A stretch of DNA of 64,000 nucleotides, taken from positions 7,874,001-7,938,000 of the forward strand of contig CM035355.1 of the NCBI GenBank assembly GCA_020137815.1, written 5' to 3'. Both the position numbers and the translations under genes were made by a program. Below the pieces are notes generated by a model, which saw only the letters and a list, made by a program, of their open reading frames with translations, made no database searches and had not been told where the DNA came from. Of the stretch, positions 22,503 to 37,000 are shown piece by piece (the first letter of the stretch is position 1; each line of letters starts with the position of its first letter). This DNA comes from Hormiphora californensis. Lineage: Eukaryota > Animalia > Ctenophora.

Positions 22503-23465
22503 ATGAACGATACAAGTGAAATCGACTTGACACCAGCACAATCTATCCCCCTCGCAGTCTACTGTTTCTTTGTCACCTTCTTTGGTCTGACAGGCAATGG
22601 ACTCGTCCTGTACTCCTCTCTGCGCTACGATGCGATTAAACTTGATAAAGTCTCACTTGAGTTTGTTAGAAACCTAGCTCTAGCGGACATTCTCTATACG
22701 ATATGCACTGTCCTTCCCCAGTTTGTCACTTTCACCGCTCGTCGCTGGGTCCTTGGATCGGTTTACTGTGCTTTGCAGGGTGAAATTGGATTGGTTCCTG
22801 CATCTCTCAACACCCTCACCGTTTTTGCGATCTCAGCTTACCGACTCAAACTGGTCATCTCGCCCTTCCACCAGATCTCAGTGCGGTCAGCCCGGATTAT
22901 CATTGGCTTCATTTGGCTACTTGCACTATCTCCAATAGTGGTGGTGGAGTCTTACAATGAGGGAGCACATTTCTATCCCTACATCGCCAGGTGTTTGAAT
23001 AGAATTTACGAAAATGATGAGGCTCGAGGACTGTTCATGATATTAGTCGGAATTATCGTCTTTATACCTTTGTTTGGTATTATCGGTATCAATTTCGTGC
23101 TTTTGGGGGTGGCTGTCCGGCTCAACAGTCACGGTCCAAGTCGTGGAATCAACTTCAAAGCCCTTCTGGTTATCCTAGCTCTGTCTGGTCTCTTCATGCT
23201 AAGCTGGGGCCCCTACCTTGTCTACACTTTCATCAAGATCAAGACCACCGTGGTCTCTCAGCAATTCTCTTTGGTCGTGTTCAATTTCCTGCTCCTAAAC
23301 GTCTTTGGTAATCCATTTCTCTACACAATGACCAATAGAAGATTCAGTCGATATGTCCGCAGTTTGCTCTGTGTTTTTAACCGGGAAGTCGTTAATGGCA
23401 GAGTTCAGGATAAACAAAGTACAAGTAGGACAAGCGCCAATAAAACCACAGAGTCTAACGTATAA
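22503..23465 (+). CDS. Intronless rhodopsin-like (class A) orphan GPCR, 320 aa
   Basis: Seven hydrophobic segments; TM1 GN, TM2 NLALAD, TM3 Cys with AYR in place of DRY, TM6 WGP, TM7 NPFLY. No retinal-binding Lys. Confidence 0.9.
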   Translation: MNDTSEIDLTPAQSIPLAVYCFFVTFFGLTGNGLVLYSSLRYDAIKLDKVSLEFVRNLALADILYTICTVLPQFVTFTARRWVLGSVYCALQGEIGLVPASLNTLTVFAISAYRLKLVISPFHQISVRSARIIIGFIWLLALSPIVVVESYNEGAHFYPYIARCLNRIYENDEARGLFMILVGIIVFIPLFGIIGINFVLLGVAVRLNSHGPSRGINFKALLVILALSGLFMLSWGPYLVYTFIKIKTTVVSQQFSLVVFNFLLLNVFGNPFLYTMTNRRFSRYVRSLLCVFNREVVNGRVQDKQSTSRTSANKTTESNV

Positions 23466-23778
23466 AAAGAATTGGGAATTCAGGTTAAACCATGATTAAT
23501 TGTTGTTGTAAACTTTAAAACGTCGGTTTGGAATTCAATCAGACTTATATGCAGGGTATATTGCCCTCTACGTCTACCTAAAAAGAATAAGGAGACTACT
23601 TTTCAGACTGTTCCGGGGAATGTTTTATATGTAATGGGTCGTCCGCAAGAACCAACCGAATCAGGAAATACTGGTCCCTGATTGGCTGATAACCAGTAAC
23701 GTGACCTAAATAACGAGTTCTGATTGGTTGTTTACTGGTGTCGGTCGGTTCATGATGTACAATGTAATGGGTCGTCCG

Positions 23779-26728
23779 TTAGGCAATGGTCACCACAACG
23801 GATGGAGCGGGAGACTGCGATGTAGCGGTAGCTGTATCAATGAGCCTGAAGCTCTCCAGAGGATCCTCCGCTGTGTGATAGTTAATATCGGTATTATCAA
23901 AGCTCATCTCCGGGTCATTTCGTAGCGGTGTATGGAGGAATTTAGAAGTGGTGGGAGTGGGATGATGATCAGTACTGCAGAATGCCGTGTTTTCAAGCTT
24001 CAGTATCTCCGGAGCGTAATCCTCTCTGTCCGTTATGTCGTTGATGGTGTAGAGTTTACTGGCGAGGATGGAGAAGAGGAGGCATTCCAGAATGACCAAG
24101 AGGGAGTTCCACGTCACCATCCGGTACTGCCCCGTCATCGCCCTGAAAGGGGGATACAGTTAGCAGGGAGAAATGGTTGTCATGGTAACTAACTGCTACA
24201 TGGGTCACCATCCGGTACTGCCCCGTCATCGCCCTGAAAGGGGGATACAGTTAGCAGGGAGAAATGGTTGTCATGGTAACTAACTGCTACATGGGTCACC
24301 ATCCGGTACTGCCCCGTCATCGCCCTGAAATTGATTGATATCACGTGGTGGTTTGTACCTTGGTTACCATGGTTACCATGGCATGGTTTGTACCTTGGTA
24401 CATAGATTCAAAGGTTTGGTATAAACTGTATTTACCAAAACTTATAGAAATTGCCAGCGCAGTGATCATATTAAGGTAGAACTAGGTGGTCGCGGAGCAC
24501 ATTGTGAGAGAGGTTCGCTCGGAGCAACAACTATATTCACCTACCCGTGAGGTTTTATAAACCCAGTAAGATAAGAGAATATCACCTACCCGTGAGGTTT
24601 TATAAACCCAGTAAGATAAGAGAATATTGATATCTGGGCGTGGGAAAGGACGAAGGTAGCTTTCAGGACCAGGAACTTGGCCACGATCCGCTTGTTGTTG
24701 GTCAGGTTCCTCCAAATGTTGAAGAGAACACCAATACCGTACACAGAAAGCATACAGGATAGAGCTTTTATCACTGCAGGAAATACGTGAGTTAGCTGAG
24801 TGAACACAGACAGCATACAGGATAGAGCTTTTATCACTGCAGGAAATACGTGAGTGAGCTGAGTGAACATTGAAGGAAATATTATATATATTGAGGTCTT
24901 TTAAGAGAATTATATTCTTTTTCGTTATGTTTTTCTTCTGTATCAGTATAGTTTTATTCTGAACAATGAGTTCAGAGTAAGAATAGTTTTACCTGTAACT
25001 GTAGTGGTGATGGAAGTTTTCAGCTCAGTGGGTGATCCAGGAACAGTAAACAGACCAGTATCTCCCGCTATAAAGATATTGATCTCGATAAGGCTGAATA
25101 ATATCTGGAGTACCGGCAGCTGCATAATATAGATCTCATTCAGCCTGATAAAGAGGTTTGAGTTTAAATTTGTTGCAGCTTGTTCAGACTCTAGCATACA
25201 TGGCCAAGTGGTTTATTTGAAAGCGACACAATTACTGAAATATCTAACCCTTTGAGGCCCATAGTGATTGGCTGAACGAAATTTTCTAATTTTTCCCAGA
25301 TATACCCAGCATGATATTCTAAGATTAGGGGAAAAATAGTTTTTCAAATCGGTACATCTAACGGATTTGCAGCAGCAACTTATCACTGTTTTATTTTCGA
25401 AATAACAAGTTTCAATATACAGTCGGACCCCGATTTATGGACACCCTCGGGGAAAAGGCTCTTGTCCACTAAATCGGGGTGTCCAGTGTCCACTAAATCG
25501 GGGTCAAATAAGGTTAATTTCCTATATCAGGGAAAAAAATCCTGTCCCTAAATCGGGGGCCCCTAAATGAGGGTCACAGTATACCTTACAAATCCCTTTG
25601 TCAGTTTGACGTTGAATGGACGAAGGCAGCACAGGGGAGGGCTTCCCAGACACACTTTGGTATTTTCAAACAGAGGAAACACCTTACTGTAGCCACCTGC
25701 AGGAAAAGTAGTTATATTAAGGCTTTAACTGATGATTTTTGGAACAATTTAGTTTCATGTTATGTTGCTATATGTCGATTATATTATTTTTTTAGTACAT
25801 ACCTGCATAATTCCAGATAAGTTGGTAAAAGATGATGAACACAAATGACTCGAAAATTGTTGCCAGAAATTCATAAATCTGGGCTCCTCGTGGGTTAACA
25901 ATAACTGAAAAAAAGAAGAAGCCTCAAATCTAATTCTGACGCAAAAAAGGGATCAACTACAGCTGATACACTCAACTACAGCTCTAAAAAAGGGATCCGA
26001 GAAAAAAAGGGTCCGACGCGGACGCAAAAAAAGTAGATAGATACTGAAAAAGATGATCTGGTACACTCAACTACAGCTGGTACTCTCAACTACAGCTGAT
26101 ACACTCAACTACAGCTGATACACTCAACTACAGCTGATACACTCAACTACAGCTGATACACTCAACTACAGCTGATATACTCTCAACTACAGCTGCTGCC
26201 AACTCAGGTGTACATACTTGAAAGAGAGATGAAAGCGAAGATGAAGTAGTAGTGAAGGACGATCCTAGTTAGCCGGACCAGGTTAGCATGAGTCCACCTC
26301 ACTTCATTGAACCGGATAGAGGTCCGATATGTTAGAACACCGATAACGCCAACGCAGACAAATCCTGTGGGAAACCAATTAACTAATAGTTAAACTATTG
26401 AAAATGGCAAATGCCAGATGAAGTAGCTGCAGATCATCTTAAAAGGGGTGGAGAAGGGGTACTCAACAAGGATCATGATGATAGTCTTGTGGAACAAAAT
26501 TAGCTGAATAAGAAAGCCTGAAAGCACTAAGGGAAGCAATTCAATTGGTTACGTCAAATAAATGTTTCACTACCACTACCAGATAAGGAAGCGTACAGAT
26601 TCAAACTAACCGATAGTAACAAGGTATATCCATTCATCCGGGGGACAGACAATTACTGAGTAGAAGGAAGGTCCAAATCCTCGGGTATCGGGTTCAGGAC
26701 ACGGTTCAAGAGCATCCGTATCGGTCAT
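23779..26728 (-). CDS. Organic solute transporter alpha / TMEM184-family protein, paralog 1 (about 7 exons)
   Basis: MTDTDALEPC...GPSFYSVIVCPPDEW; NPRGAQIYEFLATIFESFVFIIFYQLIWNYAG|G; LGSPPLCCLRP; IMQLPVLQ; SVYGIGVL...KFLVLK; WNSLLVILECLLFSIL. Confidence 0.8.
26066..26195. repeat. 19-bp minisatellite TACACTCAACTACAGCTGA
   Basis: Tandem copies in an intron of paralog 1. Confidence 0.85.
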
Positions 26729-27064
26729 GATTACAATTACTGCAACGTACCAAATACTAAATAAGAACTGGTCCAAAAACTAAGACGAAGAAGAGCGAGT
26801 TTATTACTGATTAATGGGTTAGGTGAAATAATCAAAACAGACGTTTGTACACTTAGAAGCAGAGCTAGCACGAAATATAATCAGCTCTCTATGTAGAAAT
26901 AGCAATATAACAGCTGGGAGTTGTGGGAGGGCGGTTCAAATTTCCCCCGCTCTCTTCGTAACAGCAAAGGCGGGGAGCTTTCTCTCGTGTGAGTTCATTT
27001 AAAAGGTGTATCGACAATATCCTCTTTCTCATTTAATCGGTTGTATCTGTAACGACCTTTCTTT

Positions 27065-27162
<98 letters not shown>

Positions 27163-27664
27163 TCCCTTTCTTTCTCTCTTTCTCTCTCGCTATGTCTATA
27201 CCTCCATTCTTCATATCAATGAAGAATCGTGTTTCAAGAACGAGGAACAAAAACGGCGTTACAATTTGGGAGAGAATAGGTAACTGCTATCGTTAATTTA
27301 TATCGACTCTTTCTTTACACACAGCTACTCATTCAATCTCACAACCCGGCACCGTCATTCAATCTCCTCACTCTGCCTATTCTTTACCACAATTTCATGA
27401 TATTTCTCAACACACTGATAACGCACACACACAATATAACTTTATGCACTAGTGACATCGGGCTTAAAACCTAGTCTATCGTTATATGGTTAAATGCTAA
27501 ACGGCTTCTTACCTTCTGAGTTACCAGGCTGTATGGCGGCGCCATACCCCATTTGATTCTCAGTGCGCTCAGATGGGGTCGCGGCGCCAGATAGTCACCA
27601 GGTGACCCTGTCCCCTAAATATTTGAGGACTCAGGTGCCAAACTATCAATATTCTTTTCAGTTT

Positions 27665-30298
27665 TCACACAAATTGAAACAACATCGATTTAGAAATGTG
27701 AATTGAAAATTGTACAACATATTTCCCTTCCACCCCATCACAATGTCCTCTAAATGTTGGGGTTGGTGATGACAAGACTTGGTTTTCCAAGATCAACCTC
27801 CTCCATTCCGTCCCCCTCCAATCCGTCCTCCTTCGTTCGATAGGCAACACGGTCAATTGCTGATTATTGGGATGGAATATATGTGTGATCAAGATAGTTG
27901 TAAACTGACTTGCTAAACATAATAACATTTTGAGATTCTTAAACGCTTCCACACGGCACACTGCCAACACCCTCCATGCCAACACCCATGCCATGGTTGG
28001 TTCTATCAGAGCATTGGCCTGACCCTATTCTCATTTCGCGTGTGAGAACTGTGGTCAGAGCCGGACAGTGTTGGTATTGGAGGGTGCTGGTATGAAACAG
28101 GAACCGACCGAATCAGGAAATACTGGCCTCTGATTGGCTGATAACCAGTCACGTGACCTAAATAACCAGCTCTGATTGGTTGTTTACTTGTTTCGGTCGG
28201 TTCCTGGTAAGAAAGGAGGGGTTATTCTTACAATTGTGTTGGCTGTCGTAATCCGATTTCTTGTATAGGAAAGAGTCAAGAATGGCAAAAATCAGACATT
28301 CCACGGTCACCAGAAACGCAGACCACATCGCCGCTCTGTCTTTACCCGAGTAATAGCTGAATTGAAAGCAGACATGTCAAAAAATACGAGTTGGAAGACC
28401 AAAGATATTTAATTAGAGTGGCGTTGGGTAAAAGCAAAGGGGACAGTGAGTTAGTATTACTGGTTTTAGCTGATGAATCAAAACTATTTCTTACCCAGAT
28501 TGATCAATTTTGTCACCCAGCGCCCCAAAGATGGCAGTTTGAACTTTTGCCAAGATGATGACTGCTTTGAACACTCCAAACTTGGCCTTCAGCGATCGCC
28601 CGTACACGAACTGAGCCCAGCAGGCATACAGCATTCCGATGCCGTAAATAGACATCATGGCGGAAAGCGTCAGGATAACTGAAAGTAAAAACTTTGAAAA
28701 CTTTCTAAAATATGCGATATGAAAACCAAATGAATTTTAACATCAAATGATTACTTAGAATTGTTACTGTTTCTTCTATTGTTTCAGTACTTACTGTTTG
28801 TAAGAGTAGTTGCCCAATGTTCAAAGAGAGTGCTTGATAGTCCAGCAGAGATAAGGGTAATGTTAATCATTCCTATGAATATCTGCACGAAGGGGAGCTG
28901 AAGTAACAAACCCTCCATAAGCCTGGAATTAGGGAGTTCAGTTAGATATATTTCTATAGAGGCTCAATATAGATGTGACTGGGTCTTGACTAGTCAATCA
29001 TACAACTCTTGATAGCTGTCAGGCCACGGTTCTTGTCTGTCAGAGCATTGGCCTAACCCTTTTCTCATTTCTCTCGGAGCTCACGAGAACAGTGGTCAGA
29101 GCCTGACAGGCCCTTTTCATTTAAAAGAAATAAAAATAGGTTAGGCCATGTTGAGTAAGGCTTGTTCAGTAAAGCTTGATAATTTTTTAACAAAAAAACC
29201 TTTGGGAATGGATATACCACCATAATGCTCTGACAGCTTGATAGCTAAAGCATAAGTCCCTTACTTTAGAAAGTTTTCGTTGATTTTTACATTGGGCAGG
29301 AATCGAAGACAGCAGCATGGTGGCTGTCCCAAATTTATCTCCAGCCCCATTAGTTTCTTTATCGTCGTTTCAATGCCTCCTGTGTGTACCGGTAAATAAG
29401 GTAAGTGCTGTTAGTACTGTTAGTGAGTACTAATTTAGTACAATCATGAAATGATGTACAGAATGTCTATAATGTCATGTTGAGTTAAAACTCGTTTCTA
29501 TTTGGTGCATTCTGATTCATTTTACCAGGATAGGGACAAGATAGAAACTACATATAGATATTACATAGAGACTACTAAAGTTTAGAGACTACAGCTAGCG
29601 ACTATATATCACCTGTGTATGACCAGATTAAATGGTAGAAGTTAACCATAACAATCGCCTCAAAAATATCCCCTATGTATTCGTAGTAGATTGCTCCCTT
29701 AGCATTTAGAATTACTGAAATATAGAAATTAGTAGATGTATAGTGTTTAGCCGTTACCGATATATCAGGGATTGGGGTATCTTATCATTTATTGAGAGAC
29801 CTACTTAGGACGCTTGTGTGCACCCCCGCATCACCCCCTGGAGCCAGCCCTGTGAAAGACCTACTTAGGACGCTTGTCAGGGAGTAGATGGACTTGTAGA
29901 AGATGAGTCGTCTCGACATGGCATATATGAAGTGTTTCTTCCATCGGTACTGGTTGAATCTCTGGGCATTTAGAAAGCAGACTACAGAAGTTGCGAACCA
30001 CAGCGCAATCCCTGCAACAAATACAGTGTTAAAATACAGTGTTAAATACAGTGTTAAACTTGATGAAACATCATGAATATTGTCAATGAAGTAATAAAAG
30101 TCATTGACATGAAAGTAGATACTAATTGAATCATAAAGAATAAAATAAAAGAATCATAAAACCTATAATGAGAGCCACAGACTTTATGACAGGTTGCAAC
30201 ACCGTTCTGTCGTGCGGCAGAGTTTGGTACGTTATACCCTAGAGCCACACACAAACAACACACCTATTATAAGAAGAAGTGGCAACCAAACCGTTCTG

Positions 30299-30386
<88 letters not shown>

Positions 30387-30515
30387 CAAACCTATGAGGA
30401 GAAGTGGCAACCACTCGGAAGGAGGGCACTCGGCTGTCTGAAGAAAACTCGGTCCAAGGTAGGTTTCATTGTTGGCCCAGTAATCAAGAACATCAATTGA
30501 GTTCGAACATTCCAT
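27665..30515 (-). CDS. OST-alpha/TMEM184-family paralog 2 (about 8 exons), with one apparent frameshift near 29645
   Basis: MECSNS...GPSFLQTAECPPSEW; YEYIGDIFEAI; LGQPPCCCLRF; LLQLPFVQ; SIYGIGML...KFGVFK; WSAFLVTVECLIFAIL. Intron positions largely match paralog 1. Confidence 0.75.
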
Positions 30516-33199
30516 TGTGAACTCAGACAACAAATAGACTTACTTCATGATAAAACTAGAAAACACAGGTTATACACTCAACACTCCATTGAACATTCCA
30601 TTGTGAACACAGACAATTATTCGGGTAACCAGTTAAGCACTCTCGGCGGCAGGCGTCTTCTGCGTGTACACAGACAACAAATAGATTTACTTCATAAAGT
30701 AAAACTATTTGTGAAGCTTCATGTTAAAACTAAAAAACACAGGTTATATAACACTCAATACTCATGATGTGTGCTTGAGGTACAAGCTACATGCACACTA
30801 CACACTATACACACAGAACGTTGTATAATAGACCGCAAGTGTTTTAAATTCACCTATGCCAAGCGTTTGGTGTGGTCAACATGTACACATTACTTGCCTA
30901 GCTAAACATAACAACACATTACCCCTAAACAGCAATACAATATTTTGCAAGGAAGATTTTTCAAAGAGCCCTTCATTCGGTGTAAATGAAATTGCACTGT
31001 TTAAATAAACAAACACAGAGACTGAGAAAGAGAGGAAGAAATGGCCGAATAAAGGATCCTAAAAGAGAATAATGTTAAATTCAATAACGCAGGCTATAGA
31101 CAAAAGCAAATGCGTTTTTTAATCGTATTGTGTTACACATAACTATGTACCGGCCATAACAGGTGTAAGACGGCAAGTGTTTGAAATTCATTTATGCGTG
31201 TTTAAAGTTCGTCTATGCCAAGTCTTTGGTGTGGTCAATTTGTAGACGTTCCCACTAAACAACACTATACTTGTTCAAGGGCTGTGTACAATAATAGTAA
31301 TTTTGCAAGGAAGATTTTTCAAAGAGCCCGTCGTTCGATGTAAACGAAGTTGCACTGTTTAAATAAACAATTACAGAGACTGAGGAAGAGAGGAAGAAAA
31401 GTAAAATGGGAACAAAAGATAATAATGTTCAAAAACACAGGTGATGGACAAAAGCTGCGTGTCTAAAGATAAATCTACAGTGCTAATGTTATGTACACAA
31501 GACACAAAAAACAAACACACACACACAAAAGATACATACAACAAGAATAAATGCATTATGTTTCATAATGCTATGTTTCCCCGCCAACTTTTCATTTCTA
31601 ACACGAAGGCGGAACAGACATTTCGGATCATTTATAAATCAAGCAAACAGTATAGAACAAATCCTTGTGTTTTAGTAGCACTAAATTGAGCGCCACATTA
31701 CGGAATTGTGCGGCACACAATTCCTGAAAACGTGTCAATGAAGTGGTTTATGAAGGAGCAGGTTGTTGTTGTGTGCGCGGCTCTAGTTGCTACATGTTGC
31801 CCCTCGCAACCTGAAACGGGACAAGAGAGCTGACTTGCTACACATAGTCACTATATCCGTTTAGATTTCTAAACCCCTATGCCTTTTTGCAAAAGGCATC
31901 CGGGTGAAGGCCTTCGGCCTTCACCCGGGCGGGGAAAAAATAAACACACACAAGAGGCTGGCACACAACTTGAAGACACTGAATTATAGGAAGAAGCTTC
32001 TCTCGTGAGGGGCTTACTACCGGACCCTATTATACTACTGCATACCGGACCCTATATACTACTACTGCATGTCTAGTTTCTATATCAAATATCAATAGTA
32101 TTTAAGGGTGCAGTACTTAAAATTATAAATGTCTAGTGAACTAGTCATTCACACTACTAATCATGGTTATTCTTTCTAGCTGTTTACAGGTAGGTATGCA
32201 GTGGATACATATGAGGTGGAATCAACTTACTGATAGCTGGCCGTCTTGTTGGAATTATGTCCTCTCCGTCCTCCCATCAGTGATATCACGATACACCCGC
32301 TGCTGAAAGGGAACATTGGTATTTGAGTTTTAAGCAAAGGCTTTTTATCGCCGCCAACGCCCAACGCCCATCTGGTAATGTCTGGCGCCGCGACCCCATC
32401 TGAGCGCACTGTCAAATTGGGGTATGCAGGTTCTGTCATACAGATCCCCTAGCCTCACACTTCAGTGAAACGGTGCAATTCTTCAAACTAACCAAGATAA
32501 TAATTTCCAGACTTCCGGCCCTGTAAGTTTGAATCGGATCTTTGCCAGACAGTTCGGTTTGTTTCATATAACTTGTTTCGGATACCCTCTACTCCACAGG
32601 GCAAAGAGTAGAACTGCAATATGTTAAACGATTCCAACGATTCATTAATTTTACAAGTCATTTATAGCTTGTGAATGATAATGGAAAATTTTCTCCATCC
32701 ATGCCCAAGTGAATGCCAAAGCTCGTAGCCATTCGTAGCCAGCGAAATCTTTCGTCTTAATGCCTAGGTAGAACATTTTAGTTTTAAGTGCTAAAATTTA
32801 ATGCTATTTTATGAAGAAGATGTCCCACAAAATATTAACCAGAGTTTGATGCTGGGCGGTGGGACACCAGGATAGTCACTGTGAACAAAATTGCATAAAT
32901 TCTTATTCTTCTCAGAAAAAGAGAGCATATTTCTCGCATACACACAGTACCATGATCGTCCCCCATGGGGCCCCCAGTAGCAGTATGCAGCTTGTCAGGA
33001 TCATCCCTTCCCAATTTGATTAGCTTTTTCCCTAAACAGATTAATTGCTCAAGCAAGGAGCCCTCGAAGAGACAGCTTAATAGAGGGGGTAGGGTGGGAG
33101 ATGACGGGGACATGAGCTGAAAATGACCCTAATGATACTGGCCCTGAGAGAAGGACGGGTCTGAGGTTGTTTGGTACTGGCGAGAGGGGAGAGAGAGGG

Positions 33200-33284
<85 letters not shown>

Positions 33285-33286
33285 AG

Positions 33287-33317
<31 letters not shown>

Positions 33318-33849
33318 GGGGGGAGAGAGAGAGAGAGAGAACCAAACAGAACCAGAGAGACAGAACTATAGCGCTTCCAGCAGCAGGCAGTTCGAGTGAG
33401 TGAGTTCGTGTGCAGTCTAATAAGATTAGCCACTAATTTCATTAGAGGGAAAGAGAGACAGTTGGAGAGGGAGGGAGAGAGTGAGAGAGTGAGAGAAAGA
33501 CTGAGAGAGAAAGGGAGTGAGTGAAAGAGGAGCGACAGAGAGCAGTTGGGATTGACTTGTATGTCTGCTATGTTTGCCTTCTCCCTTACGTTCTGTTATA
33601 ACAGCAGTCATACTGCTATAGTAGTTCAAACATTAAATAGTTCCAACATTAAATACTAAATAGTTCCAACAGTAAATGGGGTTCAAATGATAGTAGAATG
33701 CTGTCCCCTCACCAACCATTTAAAATGTTTACCTCACATCTGCTGTCCCAACCTTGTACTCCAAGCATTACCTCACACCTCTATATAACTATAACAGCAT
33801 GAACATTCAATGCTAAAGTAGTAAATAGTTCCAACAGTAAATTCTATTT

Positions 33850-34054
33850 ATATGAGGCATAAACTCTGGCCACTGGCGCGTTATTTCAGATAACTTTCTC
33901 CCAGCGCGCCGCTGGGAGAAGTTAGCTGGAGTTTATCCGCCGCTGGCGGATAAACTGGTTTAAATCACGACGACGATCCCGAGGCGGAGCCGAGGGAGAG
34001 GCGGAGGGGTTTAAACCTATAACGTGCCAGTGGTCAGAGTTTATGGGTTATATA
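33850..34054. mobile_element. About 200-bp MITE
   Basis: Inverted ends CATAAACTCTGGCCACTGGCGCGTTAT / ATAACGTGCCAGTGGTCAGAGTTTATG; partial relative near 34440-34535. Confidence 0.6.
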
Positions 34055-37000
34055 CCCTGTACTGCTTTAGTTGTTTATTTCAAGTATTACACACCAACAA
34101 GAGAGAGAACACTAATCAAAACACACAAAGAGAACTGAGAAATAGTTAAAAACACGTCACAATTGAGTGTACACTGTTTGGTAACAGTTACTAAGCAGTT
34201 GCTAAGGAAAGAGAGTGAAAGAAATAACCTGATAAGGGGCATGTCACAAATAACACAGAGAAAGAGATAGTGAGACAAAAGGGGAGATAAAGAGAGAGTA
34301 ATTGACGGAATGTGTCCTTTCTTTCTCTCCAATGTAGTGTGTAAGTGTTGCACATAGTGTTCCCTCTGTATTTTAGTAAGAACTGATCATTTACACACAC
34401 TTTGAATGTTACTAGGAGTTAAAATAAATAACCTGCCAGTGGGAAATAATCTGCCGCTGGACTGGCTGTTTACTGAGAGCGCGCTAGTGGGACTTCTCGC
34501 CACTGGCGCATTATTTAAGTTAGCAGGGTATATAAGTGGGTATTATGATAGTAGAATGCTGTCCCCTCACCGCTGCAACCATTTAAAATGTTTACCTCAC
34601 ATCCACAATAGTTCAGGTAGTACAGTTTCGATCCTGACAAATTTTTAAACCAACACTATTATTGCAAAATTTGATCAAATCTCCATTTCTCAAAATCTCC
34701 CCTGCTCTCCCTTTTGGGCTTTCCCCTTCCTTTATTTCCTTTTTTCTTTTCCTTGACTGTTAGCCCTTTGGTAGCCAGGGGTGGGGGTGGGGGAGTAGGT
34801 TTGATTAGTGAATTGCGTTGGTTTTTTCTCCCTTGTTTTAATTACTTTATCCTAAATTTTGAAAATTTTTTAAAAAGGTTAATAAAATAAAAATAACATA
34901 ACGGAAGATAAAAGTCTCCCAGGTCCTAACCCCTGCACTTCCAAAATATTTGCTAACCGCATTTTATAGCCATCAAAAATGTTCCTGTAGGAAAAGGGGG
35001 GTATTAAAATGAAGAAGGTTGGGGTGACGAGAGGGAGAAGAGTGAGAGAGAAGAGAAGGAAAAGAGAGAGAGAAAAGAGAGAAAGAAGGGAAGGTCGAAG
35101 GCCGCCAAAGAGAAGGATTGAGAAGAAAAAATTTCCCGAGGTGCCTCCGTTTTTTAAGGGGCCTGTTCCTTCTCATTTTTTTCGGTGAGCTTTTTTTATT
35201 TTTTTTTCTTCTGCTCCTAATTGCTCTTTTTTTTCCCCTTCTTGGTTTTTTCTCCCCTTCTTCTTTTCTTTTTCTTTTCTCTCCCTTCCTCTTTTTTTAT
35301 TTTCTTTCTCATCCCGCTTTTAATTCTCGTCCGTTTCTTCTGCCTGGGCTCTTGTCTTTCTTGTTCTTGTCGTTTGTCCTTTTTCTCTCTTTCCGGTTTT
35401 CGATTTCCCTTTTCCTTTTTCGTTTCTTGATTTGCATTGACTCCAATAAAAGTTGACGTTTTATTGTAATTTTAGCAATATGATAACTCTATAGCTGTGA
35501 ATTGTTGTCATCAATCCAATGCCGATATATATCTCTTTATCGAGTTTTATTTGTTTTTTTGCAAAATTTTTTAAACTGTGATAATTAAATTTTAAAACTA
35601 GGGGCTATAATTTCGGACGAATCTAGGTGGTCGAGGGGGCCTGTATTTAATATTATTAGCCACCAGAGAGATTGACCTCGATAAGTTCTCTTTGAAATTG
35701 AATATCAGCAGTATCTATCTATAGATATCGGCTGATGAGTCCTTTAAAATGACTCGCTACAAAAAACACATTTTATTGGTTTTTAGTTTGAGGGTTAGGG
35801 AAAGGGGGGAATTCCTTGACTGTGATTGGCCATTGTTGGTTGATATCTTATCAAGTGATTTGATTACCGTCCTATTATAGACGTGCGATATCTCCCGCCC
35901 CACTATAATATGTGAGAGAGATTGAGGGAGACAACTATCTCTCTTTTCTTTTCTCTCTTCTCTCCCCTCTCTCTCCTCTCTCTCTCGTTCCTCTTCATCT
36001 CTCTCTCTCTATCTCATCTCTCACTCCTCTCCGGCTCTCTCTGCTCTTCTAAATTGGACCGTGCTGGGTTGTGATTGGCTCAAAATTTTAATTTTTACCC
36101 CCTGTGGCGCTCGTTTTCTCTCTTTTCCCTCTCAGTTACCACAATGTGTGTCTCAGGTGAATGCAAAGGGAGCTTCAATAATTTATTAATACCCCCCATG
36201 GTTTATTGCTCAGTTTTGTAGCTATTTTCAAGCTCACCAAATAGAGTGTCCATTTAAAAAGGGGAAAATTGTACCGAGCCGCGTGGGGCCGTATCAGATA
36301 ATAATTTATACTATTTGATTATCTTTGTCAGTTTATGAAATTTTTAAATTTTAAGAAATAAAATTTTGGTTTGATACTGCAGAGAAAGATCCCCTAAGTT
36401 TCTGAATTATTATTTCTGATCCCTTGACTCCCCAAACCAACACAGTAATAGTTTCTGTATTTATATATTCTACAGCCACTGCTGATAATTTATGGTACTT
36501 TATCGGACCTGCTGCTCAGTATAAATTGGTATCGCGAGACAAGCTATGTAACTAGGTATCCCGTCTCCAGTCACAATTATATAATATCCGTTGATCAATT
36601 CTCGTAGTCGCTACCGGTTATATATTGAACTTTGTAGAATTCTTACCAGCTTAAACTATACTAAGATATGATCATTTCTTATTCTACCCGAATTATGTAT
36701 TAAATTATGCTTATGATATATCTCGCTAACTGGTCAAGATATCTGTAGTGCAAGGAGATATAAAAGCTTTATAAGTATCTTGTCTAGCCGTTCTAATTTG
36801 ATATAAACACTTAAACAACTTAACGTACAGTGATTGCGAACATCAGGCATCTTCTTTTGAAAAATTTATCTGAGCATTCCTTGATGAACAACTAAATTTT
36901 TTGATCGGGTCCGCAGTATGTTTATTAAAAGTGTGATCTAATTTCTATCGGGTTTTTGAAAATCGAGCGATAGTGGACACAATAAAAGTACATTACAGAG

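Noticed and set aside
22503-23465. GPCR as an opsin
   Set aside because: There is no Lys at the retinal-binding position in TM7.
27060-27190. ORFs made of SLSL, RERE or HTHT runs here and near 30.3, 33.2, 42.5, 45.4, 59.1, 60.3 and 62.0 kb
   Set aside because: They are CT/AG and CA microsatellites.
31690-33450. Possible minus-strand exons
   Set aside because: I could not join them into a consistent reading frame or recognise a domain.
34650-36400. Lys/Glu-rich and Phe/Leu-rich ORFs
   Set aside because: Homopolymer-rich sequence that looks low quality; the ORFs are compositional.
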